64,000 bases of DNA, from positions 25 through 64,024 of the forward strand of contig DATFXN010000053.1 in assembly GCA_035315805.1 (NCBI GenBank). Direction: 5' to 3'. Within the stretch, counting starts at the first letter, position 1. The number at the start of each line of letters is the position of its first letter. Source of the DNA: Chthoniobacterales bacterium. Lineage in GTDB: Bacteria; Verrucomicrobiota; Verrucomicrobiia; Chthoniobacterales; UBA10450. Made by a program: the position numbers and the translations under genes. Under the pieces are notes generated by a model. That model saw only the letters and a program-made list of their open reading frames with translations, did no database searches and was not told where the DNA came from. Of this stretch, positions 1-9,050 are shown piece after piece.

Positions 1-12
1 TTTGGTTAGACC

Positions 13-240
13 TCATGATGTCGCGGGCATGTGAGGTCGACGCGACATTCGCCACCACCAAAAGAGTGCTCCGGTAAGGCCAACCGCTAAACCGACAACC
101 GCGCCGACGATGAGACCACCAAGCGGACCAAGAAAAATAAGATTCTCGTTCGCGCGGACAGCAAAATAGCCGACGGCGACAGCGCCGAGGACAGCGCTCA
201 CCACCGCGGACGGGATCAGGACGAAGAATATTGGCACCAA
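13..240 (-). CDS. small hydrophobic membrane protein; probably the C-terminal part of a longer gene (start at 361) split by an indel in the A6 run 277-282
   Basis: 75-aa ORF (TTG start) made almost entirely of G/A/V/L TM-like segments. The adjacent upstream frame (ATG at 361) encodes MQIVVILLVLAAAALVTLGAILVGSLIF and meets this frame at the homopolymer. Confidence 0.4.
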   Translation of the reverse strand: MVPIFFVLIPSAVVSAVLGAVAVGYFAVRANENLIFLGPLGGLIVGAVVGLAVGLTGALFWWWRMSRRPHMPATS

Positions 241-481
241 AACGCGAGCACGAGATGTCGCCGCAAGAAGGCCACCAAAAAATCAGCGAGCCAACAAGAA
301 TCGCGCCGAGTGTGACAAGAGCCGCGGCTGCGAGAACGAGCAGAATCACGACGATCTGCATGAGGTCTAACGAGACCAAGCTGAGCGAACGCTGACGGGA
401 GCAAGCTGAGCTTCGTGTTTCAGTTTTGAAGTCAAGGAAAGGAAATTTTCGCGCCGGTCAGCGGTTCGCTCCAGCGCTTGG

Positions 482-868
482 TTAAGTGTCTTTGGTGGCA
501 TAATGAGACGCGCCGAGAAAATGAATGGAAACATACGGCTGGTCGCCAACCACCCAACTATCATGTGGCCTCGGCGGAATGTAGAATAGCTCGCCTGCGT
601 GAAGCTCAACTACTGTGCCATCTTGAAAAGCCGCTGTCGCTGTCCCGGACAGCACAAGCCCAACGTGCTCAACAAGGCAGTAGGACGCGCCAACGCTCGG
701 TCCGACATGCTCGCTCCAGCGCCAACCCGGCTGATACGTGGCCCGCCCAATGGTCGTGCCGCCGAGGCGCACAATCTCGAAACGCCCCTTCTCGAATTCG
801 CGAACTTCGTCTGGGGCGTCGAATCGCTTCAGGATTACTTGTAATTCGTTACTGCTCATGCGCTCCAC
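482..868 (-). CDS. cupin-domain protein
   Basis: 128-aa ORF with a cupin-like beta core (..CLVEHVGLVLSGTATAAFQDG..ELFYIPPRPHDSWVVG..). Confidence 0.65.
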   Translation of the reverse strand: MERMSSNELQVILKRFDAPDEVREFEKGRFEIVRLGGTTIGRATYQPGWRWSEHVGPSVGASYCLVEHVGLVLSGTATAAFQDGTVVELHAGELFYIPPRPHDSWVVGDQPYVSIHFLGASHYATKDT

Positions 869-1022
869 ACCTAACGAGAAAGAGACAAGCCACGGCAGGG
901 GATTGTGGCAAACACGCTGAACTTGCCTCGCAATGGGGCCGTTGGCTTCATCGATTGGTTAGGTGCGGGCGTCATTTATTAACGCGGATCTCTGTAGGCA
1001 GATGGAGTTTGTGTGCCACTAA

Positions 1023-1262
1023 TCAAGCACGTCGCTTCGCGACGTTCCTTTTGGCCTGTTCCAAGCTACCGCGTGCTTGTTCGGTTGTCTTACGAAGTCG
1101 CCGACGTGATTCGCGGAGTTGTTTCGTCAGTCTCCGAGAATGGCGTAACGTTTCGTCGACCGTCGGCTTGATTTCCGCAGCTTCGCGGACCACTTCGAGA
1201 GCTTCTTGGGTGAGATCGTCTTTGGGCACGCCTGAATCTCTCGCCGCAACTTGATAAAGCAA
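1023..1262 (-). CDS. hypothetical small basic, helical protein
   Basis: 79-aa ORF only; charged, coiled-coil-like composition; no recognisable domain. Confidence 0.3.
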   Translation of the reverse strand: MLYQVAARDSGVPKDDLTQEALEVVREAAEIKPTVDETLRHSRRLTKQLRESRRRLRKTTEQARGSLEQAKRNVAKRRA

Positions 1263-1492
1263 GCGTCACCTGTGAGGCCGAAGCAAAAGCGGGCGGAGAA
1301 AGTCGTGCGCGAATCAAAACACCAGATCGCAGCGCACTGGCAGAAACAGTCCGAAGAAGTGAAGAGGTTCGTCAACCAGCGTTTCCACAAACCGCATCTA
1401 CAAGGGTTTCCGGCAGCTCTTACGCGCGCGCGACGGAGAGGAAGGGGAAAGCGCTGACGCCATGTTGACGGTAAGGGATGCACCTTGACGCC

Positions 1493-1516
1493 TACGCGCA
1501 CGCGCACGCGCGCGTA
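1493..1516. repeat. 24-nt perfectly alternating pyrimidine-purine tract (TACGCGCACGCGCACGCGCGCGTA), Z-DNA-prone and partly palindromic; second 16-nt tract at 1545-1560
   Basis: read directly from sequence; non-coding DNA 175 bp beyond the tmRNA 3' end. Confidence 0.7.
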
Positions 1517-1690
1517 GTACGTCGGCGAACAACATCAGACAAACCACGTACGCACGCGCAAGAGGCGCAAGAGAACGAGAGTTGCGACCTCAAAAACGTG
1601 GGCAAATCTGGGTGAATTTGGTGGATGTGTTCCTATTGTCGTCCCTACATAAGAGACGTTTGAGTCATAAGTACTTCGAAATAAGGAATC

Positions 1691-2047
1691 TGGAGGCGAG
1701 GGGAATCGAACCCCTGTCCTCGTCGCTTTCGACGCAAACATCTACATGTTTAGCCGGCGTTAAGTTCTGAAGAGCCAACGTTGCACCGACGCACTGCCAG
1801 CTCTCGAGCGTCCGCGATTATCGATCTTACGAATCAGGCGCGGTCGCTCCGCTGATTCGCCAGCCTGCTGTCCACGTTTTCGCCGCCAGCAGGCGTCGCT
1901 GCGAAAACGTCGCGATCAATTAAGCCGCGAGAGCGAGACCTTCGTAGTCTGCGTTTATTGTTTTGGTCCGGTTTTTTACGAGGCCAACGAACCATCCTCG
2001 ACATGCCGCCTGCGCTTCCAACGATGAGTCGAAGCCAGTGCGCCCCC
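1691..2047 (-). ncRNA. ssrA: tmRNA (SsrA), predicted tag ADYEGLALAA
   Basis: The reverse complement starts GGGGGCGCACTGGCTTCGAC and ends GGTTCGATTCCCCTCGCCTCCA. The 7-bp acceptor stem has a G3:U wobble (Ala identity) and a T-arm GGGGTTCGATTCCCC. An internal ORF GCA GAC TAC GAA GGT CTC GCT CTC GCG GCT TAA lies at 1921-1953. CCA is not encoded. Confidence 0.9.
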
Positions 2048-2231
2048 GTAATCTTAAGATACAATGCCGGCCCGTTATCGGCAACCTGGATGCAACGGCT
2101 CAACAGGCCGTCTGGGCTTCTCTGTCATGCAAAATCCGATATGGAAATATCTGAATGTTTTTGTTTGGATCGAGTTCAATGGAGTAACGCATGCGCCGGC
2201 CTATGTTATGTTGATCGCATCTTCTCCAAAC

Positions 2232-3272
2232 ATGGCTGAGTTGTTTCACCAAAATCGCTTACTCAGACCGCGGCCCGCTCTGATAATCGTTTGTCTTGCG
2301 ATAACCGTTTTCCTTGGATGGGTGGATTATCTCACCGGCTACAAACAGACATTCCTCCTGTTTTACCTTGTGCCGATTGGGCTGGGGACTTGGTTCGGCA
2401 ATTTTTGGATAGGCATGTCGATGTCAATTTTAAGCATCGCGGCTTGGATTATCTCCGACCTCGCGGCCGGCGTGCCCAGTGTCGGGTTGTGGAATATCGT
2501 CATGGCCTTCGGCTCCTACGGCGTCTTCACCAGCCTGCTTTCAAAGCTCCGGACGCTCCTGAATGAGCTTGATCAACGGGTCCGCGATCGGACGGCCGCG
2601 CTGAAACGGGAAATGGCAGAGCGTGAACGCCTCGACCAGGAAATTGCCGAAGTTGCTGACCACGAGCGTCGCCGGCTCGGGCAAAACTTACATGACAGTC
2701 TGGGCCAGCATCTCACCGGCACTGCTCTGGCCGCCCAGGTTCTCCGCGAAAAACTTGCTAATCGCGCGGCGACTGAAGTGGAAGAGGCGGACAAAGTGGT
2801 TCGTTACATTGAGGAAGGAATCGATCTAACTCGGAACCTCGCGCGCGGTTTTTTCTCACCGGAGCTTGAAGCCGACGGATTAAACGTTGCGCTGCACGGC
2901 TTGGCGGCAAACATCGCCGAGCGATTCGGAATTCCGTGTACGTTCAATGGGGATGACGCGGTTCATGTCGGCGACGCCACTACGGCGACGCAACTTTACC
3001 ATATTGCTCAGGAAGCGGTGATGAATGCTGTCAAACATGCCGACGCAAGTAAGATCGATATTGAACTTGCGCGAAGAGGCAAAAGACTGACTCTAATGGT
3101 ATCAGATGATGGTCGCGGATTCCCCGAAGAAATTCCCGACCCGCCCGGTCTGGGGCTGCGTTTAATGGGACACGGCGCTGGTTTAATTGGGGGTAAGCTC
3201 TCAATCACCGGTAATCGCGAGCGGGGGACGCTCGTGACGTGCCAATTAAATACCGCCCAGCCTGCTCATTGA
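2232..3272 (+). CDS. sensor histidine kinase, HisKA_3/NarX-type, with N-terminal multi-TM sensor
   Basis: H-box HERRRLGQNLHDSLGQHLTG and HATPase_c motifs (NAVKHA.., DDGRGF, GLGLRLM). The start is set at the internal ATG 2232 because the upstream part of the ORF (from 2064) looks non-coding. Confidence 0.85.
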   Translation: MAELFHQNRLLRPRPALIIVCLAITVFLGWVDYLTGYKQTFLLFYLVPIGLGTWFGNFWIGMSMSILSIAAWIISDLAAGVPSVGLWNIVMAFGSYGVFTSLLSKLRTLLNELDQRVRDRTAALKREMAERERLDQEIAEVADHERRRLGQNLHDSLGQHLTGTALAAQVLREKLANRAATEVEEADKVVRYIEEGIDLTRNLARGFFSPELEADGLNVALHGLAANIAERFGIPCTFNGDDAVHVGDATTATQLYHIAQEAVMNAVKHADASKIDIELARRGKRLTLMVSDDGRGFPEEIPDPPGLGLRLMGHGAGLIGGKLSITGNRERGTLVTCQLNTAQPAH

Positions 3273-3286
3273 AACCTCGAACACTT

Positions 3287-3967
3287 ATGAATCAAAAATC
3301 ATCCAACGATGTAGCCCGGAAGCGGCAAGTTTTCATTGTCGACGACCATCCGCTCGTTCGCGACGGACTCGCAAACCTAATCAACCAGCAAAGCGATCTC
3401 ACGGTTTGCGGCGAAGCGGAGGACTCGCACGGCGCCATCGCCGGAATCGAATCATGTAAGCCGGACGTCGCTTTGATCGATATTTCCCTCAAAAACGAAT
3501 CCGGCCTCGAGCTAGTGAAAACCCTGCAAGGCCGCTTTCCGCAAGTCGCTCTGATTGTCTTGTCGATGCATGACGAAGCGCTCTATGCCGAACGCGCGTT
3601 GCACGCCGGCGCCCGCGGTTACGTGATGAAACGCGAAACGACGAAAAATGTTCTGACCGCGATCCGGCGAGTCGTAGACGGCGATATTTATGTAAGTGAT
3701 CGCGTCGTTAACACAATCACCAAGCGCATGAGTTCACGCAAAGCTGCGGCTGCTGAGCCGGTTGAACGGTTGAGCGATCGGGAGCTGGAAATTTTCCGCT
3801 TGCTCGGTCAGGGACGAACGCCATCGCAAATCGCGGAAGATCTCCGTCTCAGCTTGAAAACGGTGCAGGCCTACTGCGCGCGCGCGAAAGAAAAATTCGG
3901 AGTGACTTCACTCACTGAATTACTGCGCGCCGCTATTCGCTGGGAAGACGCAATGCATGTGAAGTAG
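3287..3967 (+). CDS. response regulator, NarL/FixJ (LuxR HTH) family
   Basis: Receiver domain (VFIVDDHPLVRDGL..DVALIDISL..) plus C-terminal LuxR-type HTH (LSDRELEIFRLLGQGRTPSQIAEDLRLSLKTVQAY). Confidence 0.9.
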   Translation: MNQKSSNDVARKRQVFIVDDHPLVRDGLANLINQQSDLTVCGEAEDSHGAIAGIESCKPDVALIDISLKNESGLELVKTLQGRFPQVALIVLSMHDEALYAERALHAGARGYVMKRETTKNVLTAIRRVVDGDIYVSDRVVNTITKRMSSRKAAAAEPVERLSDRELEIFRLLGQGRTPSQIAEDLRLSLKTVQAYCARAKEKFGVTSLTELLRAAIRWEDAMHVK

Positions 3968-3968
3968 G

Positions 3969-3979
3969 ATGTCGATCTA
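3969..3979 (+). repeat. intergenic copy of the over-represented word (ATGTCGATCTA variant), 2 nt after the response-regulator stop
   Basis: exact string match; see findings. Confidence 0.9.
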
Positions 3980-4002
3980 ACCGCTGACTGCCTGCCGTCG
4001 CT

Positions 4003-4749
4003 TTAGTGAAGGTGGGTCGACCCGACGCGCGCAGGCCGGATGCTTGCAGCTGCGCCTGCGAGATTTCTGGTGGTCGTTGGCAGGTCGCAGAAATTAGCCA
4101 ATCGCTCCAGCATCGCCGGTGGATTTGCCTGAAGTTCTTCAAACTGCACCCGCCGATAATACGGGAAGTCGGCGAGTTGTTCGGCAGCCTTGAGATAGAT
4201 TTGGACTAGCTGAGCGCAGTAATCGAGGTCCGCCAGGTTTGGGGTCGGCGCGTCCCCGGCCGCCTGGAATTTCAATTCGCGTTCTCGAATACTCGATGCC
4301 GCCGCACGCGTGTTGCGGACAACGTGAACAAGGCGCGCCTGGGGAAAAATCTCGAGCCAGGCCGAAGCAAACAATGTTGTGCGCGGTTCTTTCCAACCCC
4401 AGGGCGCTCCGAAATGTAGCCGCGCGCGCAGCCACAGGCCTTTCGGATTTCGGGAGTAGCCAAAAATCCGGCCGAAATCGCACCGGATACTTGTCCGTAG
4501 ATAGGCAACGCAATCCTGCATACCTTCCGCGGTTCCGATCTGTTTCAAAAATGGCTGCGGATTGTGCCAGGCTGCGCCGACCCGTCGCAAATAGTCCTCG
4601 TGTAATTTTTGTAACCCTCGCGGCTCACAGTGGCTGTCCAGCTGCTGACCAATTTGTAGCCCGAGCAGTTCCAGCGCGTGCGCAATGGCGCTCGTGCCCG
4701 AGCGATGCGCGCCGATGATGAGGACCGGCGGATGATGTCGATCTTTCAT
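4003..4749 (-). CDS. sulfotransferase family protein
   Basis: N-terminal PAPS 5'-phosphosulfate-binding loop LIIGAHRSGTSAI; later VVRNTRAAASS (3'-PB-like). Confidence 0.8.
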   Translation of the reverse strand: MKDRHHPPVLIIGAHRSGTSAIAHALELLGLQIGQQLDSHCEPRGLQKLHEDYLRRVGAAWHNPQPFLKQIGTAEGMQDCVAYLRTSIRCDFGRIFGYSRNPKGLWLRARLHFGAPWGWKEPRTTLFASAWLEIFPQARLVHVVRNTRAAASSIRERELKFQAAGDAPTPNLADLDYCAQLVQIYLKAAEQLADFPYYRRVQFEELQANPPAMLERLANFCDLPTTTRNLAGAAASIRPARVGSTHLH

Positions 4750-4761
4750 GCGAAGGCGCGA

Positions 4762-6600
4762 TCAAGCCGTGTAACCCAAGCGCGCGTCCAAATGCTTGAG
4801 CGCGTCGGCGGCAAATGCCTGGTCTTCCGGCGAGAGGTAATCGCGATAGCCGCCCACTCTCCCGCGGCGAACTTTGAACGATTCCGGATTGCGGACATCG
4901 CGTGAGCGCAGAATTTTCGAATCGAACACGCCGGCTGCTTCCAGCCGTTGCATATTGGCAAAGTCGGAGAACTCGAGGGCGTGTTTGAACGCCTCCGGGT
5001 CCGGCGAACTCTCGCCCAGAGTCGCCAGGATCACGCGGAAGTTCTTTTCCGGCGCCGCGCGCAACGATTCATAATGGACCAAGGTAAAATTCTTGCGGCG
5101 GGCAAATTCAGCGAACCAGTTGTTCATAGTTTTGATGATCGACATGATTCCGTAACGGCGGTCACGCAGCAGATCACCGATGCTTTTCTCCTTTAATTCC
5201 TGTGGCGTTTCAGGGGTACGGTGAACGAGCTGCATGTAGAGCGAAACAAATGCGTCTCGTGGGTCCCGCACCATCAGGATGATGCGGGCCCGAGCCAGCT
5301 CACGCGCGGGCACGAGATATTTGCCGCGAATTCGTTCCCAGAACGTCGCCTTCATTCGCTGCTCAGCGAAATCGTGGGAGAAAATCATCCGCGGAATAAT
5401 GGGTTCGTGGTATCGGTCGGGACGAAGCGTAAATGGCAGGCCGGTGCGCTTGCAGAAATAGGCGCAGAGAAAAGTGCGCACCCAGGTGCGCCCGCTTTTC
5501 GGCACCGAGATTACAACGACATCGCCGCCCGAAAGCTCGCGGGCGCGACTGCTCAGGTTCCATCGACCAAAGCTCCGGCGCCCACCCGAATCGGTTGATT
5601 CTCCGGGAATGCGCGCGACTTCCTGGAGAAGCTTCACATAACCCTCGGCGAAACTCTCCAGCGAATAGCGCGTTTCGATCAGTTCGCGTCCGCGGAGGCC
5701 AAAAGTTCTCCGCAGCTCGGCGTTTTGGATCAAACTGCTGAGCGTGTTGACCCAATCGTCCTGGGTTCGGGCCAGAAAACCATTTTCGCCATGAGAGATA
5801 ATCTTGTTGTTGACGCCGACATCAGAGGCGACGACGGCCGTGCCCATACCCATGTATTGCAAAATTTTGTAACCGCATTTGCCGCGGGTCCAAACCGAGT
5901 CCCACAGCGGCATAATGCCGATATCGAAACTGGCGAGGTTCGTTTGCTCGGTCTCCAATCGCCACGGGTCATTTTCGACGTGCACCTGATCGAGTTGAAG
6001 CGGTTTGTCCGAAACAACTTTCAATTTCAGACCGGGAAACTTTTCCGTTAAGCGCTGCAACGCCGGCTGAATGTGCCGGAGGTAAGGGAGACCGTCGCTC
6101 AATCCCACCCAGCCAATCGTTAAGCCCGGGCGATCGAAGTTCGGTTTCAACTGGTAACGGCGAAGGTCGATCGAAGTCGGCAATATAATCGCGCGACAAC
6201 CGCATGCTTCCGCGAAGCAAGCAAGGAAATCGTTGCCCGCCACTACCGCGGTGCAGTGCCGCACCGTTCGCAGGAATTTCTTGAAATCCTTTCCCCGCAA
6301 CGGGCGCCGGTGTTTTTGGTCGCGAAACATCACCGCATCGTCAAAATCGAAAATGATCCGGCGGTTGGCGCTCTGAAGAAGACCCAGCTCGAACTCGTTA
6401 AAACCGATGGTTTTGAAAAGAACGACCACATCGTGCCGGCGGGCTTCTCTCAGAACCCGCAGGCGTTCGGTTACGCTGGAACGCCGAGTCGGAACCACCG
6501 TCGCCTCAACTCCGAGTGCCGCATAATAATCAAGACAATCCCGCAAACGCAGCCGCGTGCTCGGAGCATTGCCATGTTCGACAACACAGAGAATTTTCAT
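4762..6600 (-). CDS. bifunctional GT4-type glycosyltransferase (N-terminal) / sulfotransferase (C-terminal) fusion
   Basis: N-terminal half is GT1/GT4-like (..GKCGYKILQYMGMGTAVVASDVGVNNKIISHGENGFL..). C-terminal half has VISVPKSGRTWVRTFL (5'-PSB) and MVRDPRDAFVSLY (3'-PB). Start taken at MKILCVV (6600). Confidence 0.8.
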   Translation of the reverse strand: MKILCVVEHGNAPSTRLRLRDCLDYYAALGVEATVVPTRRSSVTERLRVLREARRHDVVVLFKTIGFNEFELGLLQSANRRIIFDFDDAVMFRDQKHRRPLRGKDFKKFLRTVRHCTAVVAGNDFLACFAEACGCRAIILPTSIDLRRYQLKPNFDRPGLTIGWVGLSDGLPYLRHIQPALQRLTEKFPGLKLKVVSDKPLQLDQVHVENDPWRLETEQTNLASFDIGIMPLWDSVWTRGKCGYKILQYMGMGTAVVASDVGVNNKIISHGENGFLARTQDDWVNTLSSLIQNAELRRTFGLRGRELIETRYSLESFAEGYVKLLQEVARIPGESTDSGGRRSFGRWNLSSRARELSGGDVVVISVPKSGRTWVRTFLCAYFCKRTGLPFTLRPDRYHEPIIPRMIFSHDFAEQRMKATFWERIRGKYLVPARELARARIILMVRDPRDAFVSLYMQLVHRTPETPQELKEKSIGDLLRDRRYGIMSIIKTMNNWFAEFARRKNFTLVHYESLRAAPEKNFRVILATLGESSPDPEAFKHALEFSDFANMQRLEAAGVFDSKILRSRDVRNPESFKVRRGRVGGYRDYLSPEDQAFAADALKHLDARLGYTA

Positions 6601-6893
6601 TCTTAATCGCTCAGGCGCGACCATACCATTTTTGGGCGGTCTTTGGTAGGGCGCGGCGCTTGCGCCACCTCTCGGTGGCTAAGACCGACATCAGTCGGGC
6701 GGAATGCTTTTGCGCGCCTCGCACGAAACCTGTTAGCTTGTAGGCGGAGAGTGTTGCCTCCGAGAGCGTGTGCTCCGCATGAAATCTAAACCCAGGCTGC
6801 GAAACCGCCAACGTGTCCCGAGCGACGAACTCGAGCTGCTGTATCAAACAATCGGTTCCATCGGCGATTGGGAGTGCCGGCTCCGATTCGGAC

Positions 6894-7781
6894 TTAACGC
6901 AACGGCCGCGCCACCAAAATTCCGGAATCGCTCCGATAGGTGTAGAGATAGGTGGAAAGGCGTGAATCGACGAGCACGCGGCCATAATTGTGCGGAGCCG
7001 ACGCGTGCATGAAATGCAAAACGCCGTCATTCGTTCGCAGCGCCAGTCCGACGTGCGAGGTGGAGTAAAGTCCGCCGCGTTCGTGTGAAACGATTCCGAT
7101 AATGTCGCCGGTTTGCAGTTTCGACTCGATTTTCGCGACGCGGCCCTTGGGGATTTGATAGAGCGGCCGCCTTGAAACGTCCGCTTCCATTCGCGCAAGC
7201 GGCTCAAGCAACGATTTATTGGCCGCCAGATAACGATAATGCCGCCAGCCTGCGCTCATTTCCCGCGCCGAATGCGGTACGCTCTGTCCACCAAGTTTCG
7301 TCGTCAGGTCTTCCACCAATCCGCGCTTGTTGTTGTCGTAGAGCCAGTCCTCCAAATAATGGAGCCGCGAAAGATATTCGCCTGTGCACACGCCGCCGCG
7401 GTAGCGATCGACTTCGACGTAATGGAGAAAATTTTCCGGCGTCCAATTTTCTTCCGGCTCGTTCAACATCCGCGCAAACGCGAGCGACGTTTCGAAAAAC
7501 GTCCAACAATCCAGTCCGTCAAAATTTACCGACGGTGACTCGATCCGATTGTCGATCTCGAGCGTGTACGACTTGTAACGGGTGCCGGTCAGCGCCTGTC
7601 CCACCGCCGCCGTCCGTTGCCCGATCGGCAGCGATTTCCAATCGTTTTCTTTCGCCAGCGAAACCAGTCGATTGAACTGTGGTTCGCCTTTGAAAATTGT
7701 TTTGAACGGCAGCCGCGACTCAAACGCCGTCGCTGTCACGCAAATCAGGAGTATTGGAACAAGAATTCTCCAAGCCCTCAT
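6894..7781 (-). CDS. secreted DUF1460 (AmiA-like amidase/cysteine-peptidase fold) protein
   Basis: Signal peptide MRAWRILVPILLICVTATA; conserved ..VNFDGLDCWTFFETSLAFARML.. recalled from the DUF1460 family. Confidence 0.6.
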   Translation of the reverse strand: MRAWRILVPILLICVTATAFESRLPFKTIFKGEPQFNRLVSLAKENDWKSLPIGQRTAAVGQALTGTRYKSYTLEIDNRIESPSVNFDGLDCWTFFETSLAFARMLNEPEENWTPENFLHYVEVDRYRGGVCTGEYLSRLHYLEDWLYDNNKRGLVEDLTTKLGGQSVPHSAREMSAGWRHYRYLAANKSLLEPLARMEADVSRRPLYQIPKGRVAKIESKLQTGDIIGIVSHERGGLYSTSHVGLALRTNDGVLHFMHASAPHNYGRVLVDSRLSTYLYTYRSDSGILVARPLR

Positions 7782-7895
7782 AGGTCGGAAACTGAAATCG
7801 AAATTTTCCGGTAATCAAGGGCCCTGTACGGGGACGCTGCTAGCGTCCCTCCTGAAAGATTGGGAAAACAAGCTGCTTCTCCCTACAGTTCGGGT

Positions 7896-8906
7896 TTAGC
7901 GTGTAAATCGGTCCCGTAACGAATATGCCCGCGACTTCAGGAATTCTTTCGGCCGCTCCCCACGAATTGGTTTCACGAAATAGCGCAGCGAACGCTGATT
8001 CAAGCGCGGCTCGTAACCAAATTCAGCCATCAAATCCCGGCAGTGCCATTCCACCCAGCCGATTTCGCCTTCGTGTAAATCATTTTCCCATCGACGGACC
8101 GGAGTGGCGCTGACCTCGGCAAACCGGTCTCCGACCGCGGAGTTGCCCGCCCATGGTCGGCCGACTTTTGTCGGACTGAGTACAATGTCAGGGTCGAAAT
8201 TGATTTCGAGATAGTCGCACACCTTTTGCATGGAAATCTTCGGATCGAGCGCGAGATTTTCGTAACCGATGACGAGGCCGGGAATTTCCCGGTTGCGAAT
8301 TTTCTTCGCCAGGTTTGCTGCAGTCTGCCAGTGCGCGACCACGTAGTAAACCGAGAACCGCCGTGTCTTGCGCGTGTGCTCAAGCGCGATCTGCGCGGCG
8401 AGCAACGCGCGCGGGTCGCGCATCGTTAAGAGCAACTTCGCTTTCGGGAAGCGATTGAAGATTTCCGGAACGTAGTTCCGATTGGCCGGAGTCTTTTCGA
8501 CCCAGCGTTTCACCCGTTCGAGTGGAACGCCCACGACTTCGGCGTACGCTTCCATCATCACCACAAGCAAATCGCGGCTTGCGTTCGATGGATCGAACGC
8601 GACGCGCTCGAACGTCTCGAGAAACTTCTTCTTCGGAAATTCGGCGTAGTCCTGCCGACCTCGCATCGCTTGAAACCCGAAGAGAACGTTGGTCCACGAT
8701 TCCTTGGTTAGATAATCGAACTGCGCCCGTCGCCCCCGGTCGCGATATTTCGTCAGCACGGTCGGGAAATACGCCGTGTCCTGCGGCATCACCAGCAACT
8801 CGGGATGACTATCGAGCAGCGACACCAGCAGCGTCGTCCCCGATTTCGCCGCGCCCGCGATGAAGCAAGCGCGCTCGTCGAACGCCAGTTTTTGTGTCGA
8901 ACTCAT
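7896..8906 (-). CDS. sulfotransferase family protein
   Basis: FIAGAAKSGTTLLVSLLDSHPEL (5'-PSB loop) and LLTMRDPRALLAAQI (3'-PB). Start at internal ATG 8906 (MSSTQKLAF..). Confidence 0.8.
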   Translation of the reverse strand: MSSTQKLAFDERACFIAGAAKSGTTLLVSLLDSHPELLVMPQDTAYFPTVLTKYRDRGRRAQFDYLTKESWTNVLFGFQAMRGRQDYAEFPKKKFLETFERVAFDPSNASRDLLVVMMEAYAEVVGVPLERVKRWVEKTPANRNYVPEIFNRFPKAKLLLTMRDPRALLAAQIALEHTRKTRRFSVYYVVAHWQTAANLAKKIRNREIPGLVIGYENLALDPKISMQKVCDYLEINFDPDIVLSPTKVGRPWAGNSAVGDRFAEVSATPVRRWENDLHEGEIGWVEWHCRDLMAEFGYEPRLNQRSLRYFVKPIRGERPKEFLKSRAYSLRDRFTR

Positions 8907-9050
8907 CTTCTGAGGTGGATCGGCCGCTCCGCGGACGATGTTAAATAATGCGGCTTCGCCGCCTAAAATTAGCATCGAGCAAGGGACTGCTCGATCCACC
9001 TTTTCTTACGCCACTTGGCAGGCCCTGCCAAATGTGATCGTTTGTCCGAA

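Noticed and set aside
478-1254. 258-aa plus-strand ORF and other overlapping ORFs (599-844, 738-920, 1090-1507)
   Set aside because: They are antisense or out of frame to the cupin ORF. Their Arg/Ser/Cys/Ala-rich composition is typical of spurious frames in GC-rich DNA. They have no motifs.
1-1690. Genomic island integrated at the tmRNA 3' end
   Set aside because: I see no integrase, no phage or mobility gene and no direct repeat of the tmRNA 3' end in the available sequence. Only a cupin and small hypothetical ORFs are present. I cannot exclude an island that extends beyond the window.
6611-7207. 198-aa minus-strand ORF
   Set aside because: It overlaps the DUF1460 gene in another frame. 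Its composition is Arg/Ser/Cys-rich. The 6625-6893 part is better explained as the promoter spacer of the GT4-sulfotransferase gene.
7831-7849. Hairpin GGGACGC-TGCTA-GCGTCCC as a terminator of the sulfotransferase gene
   Set aside because: The 7-bp stem has no adjacent U-tract on either strand, which is insufficient for a terminator call.
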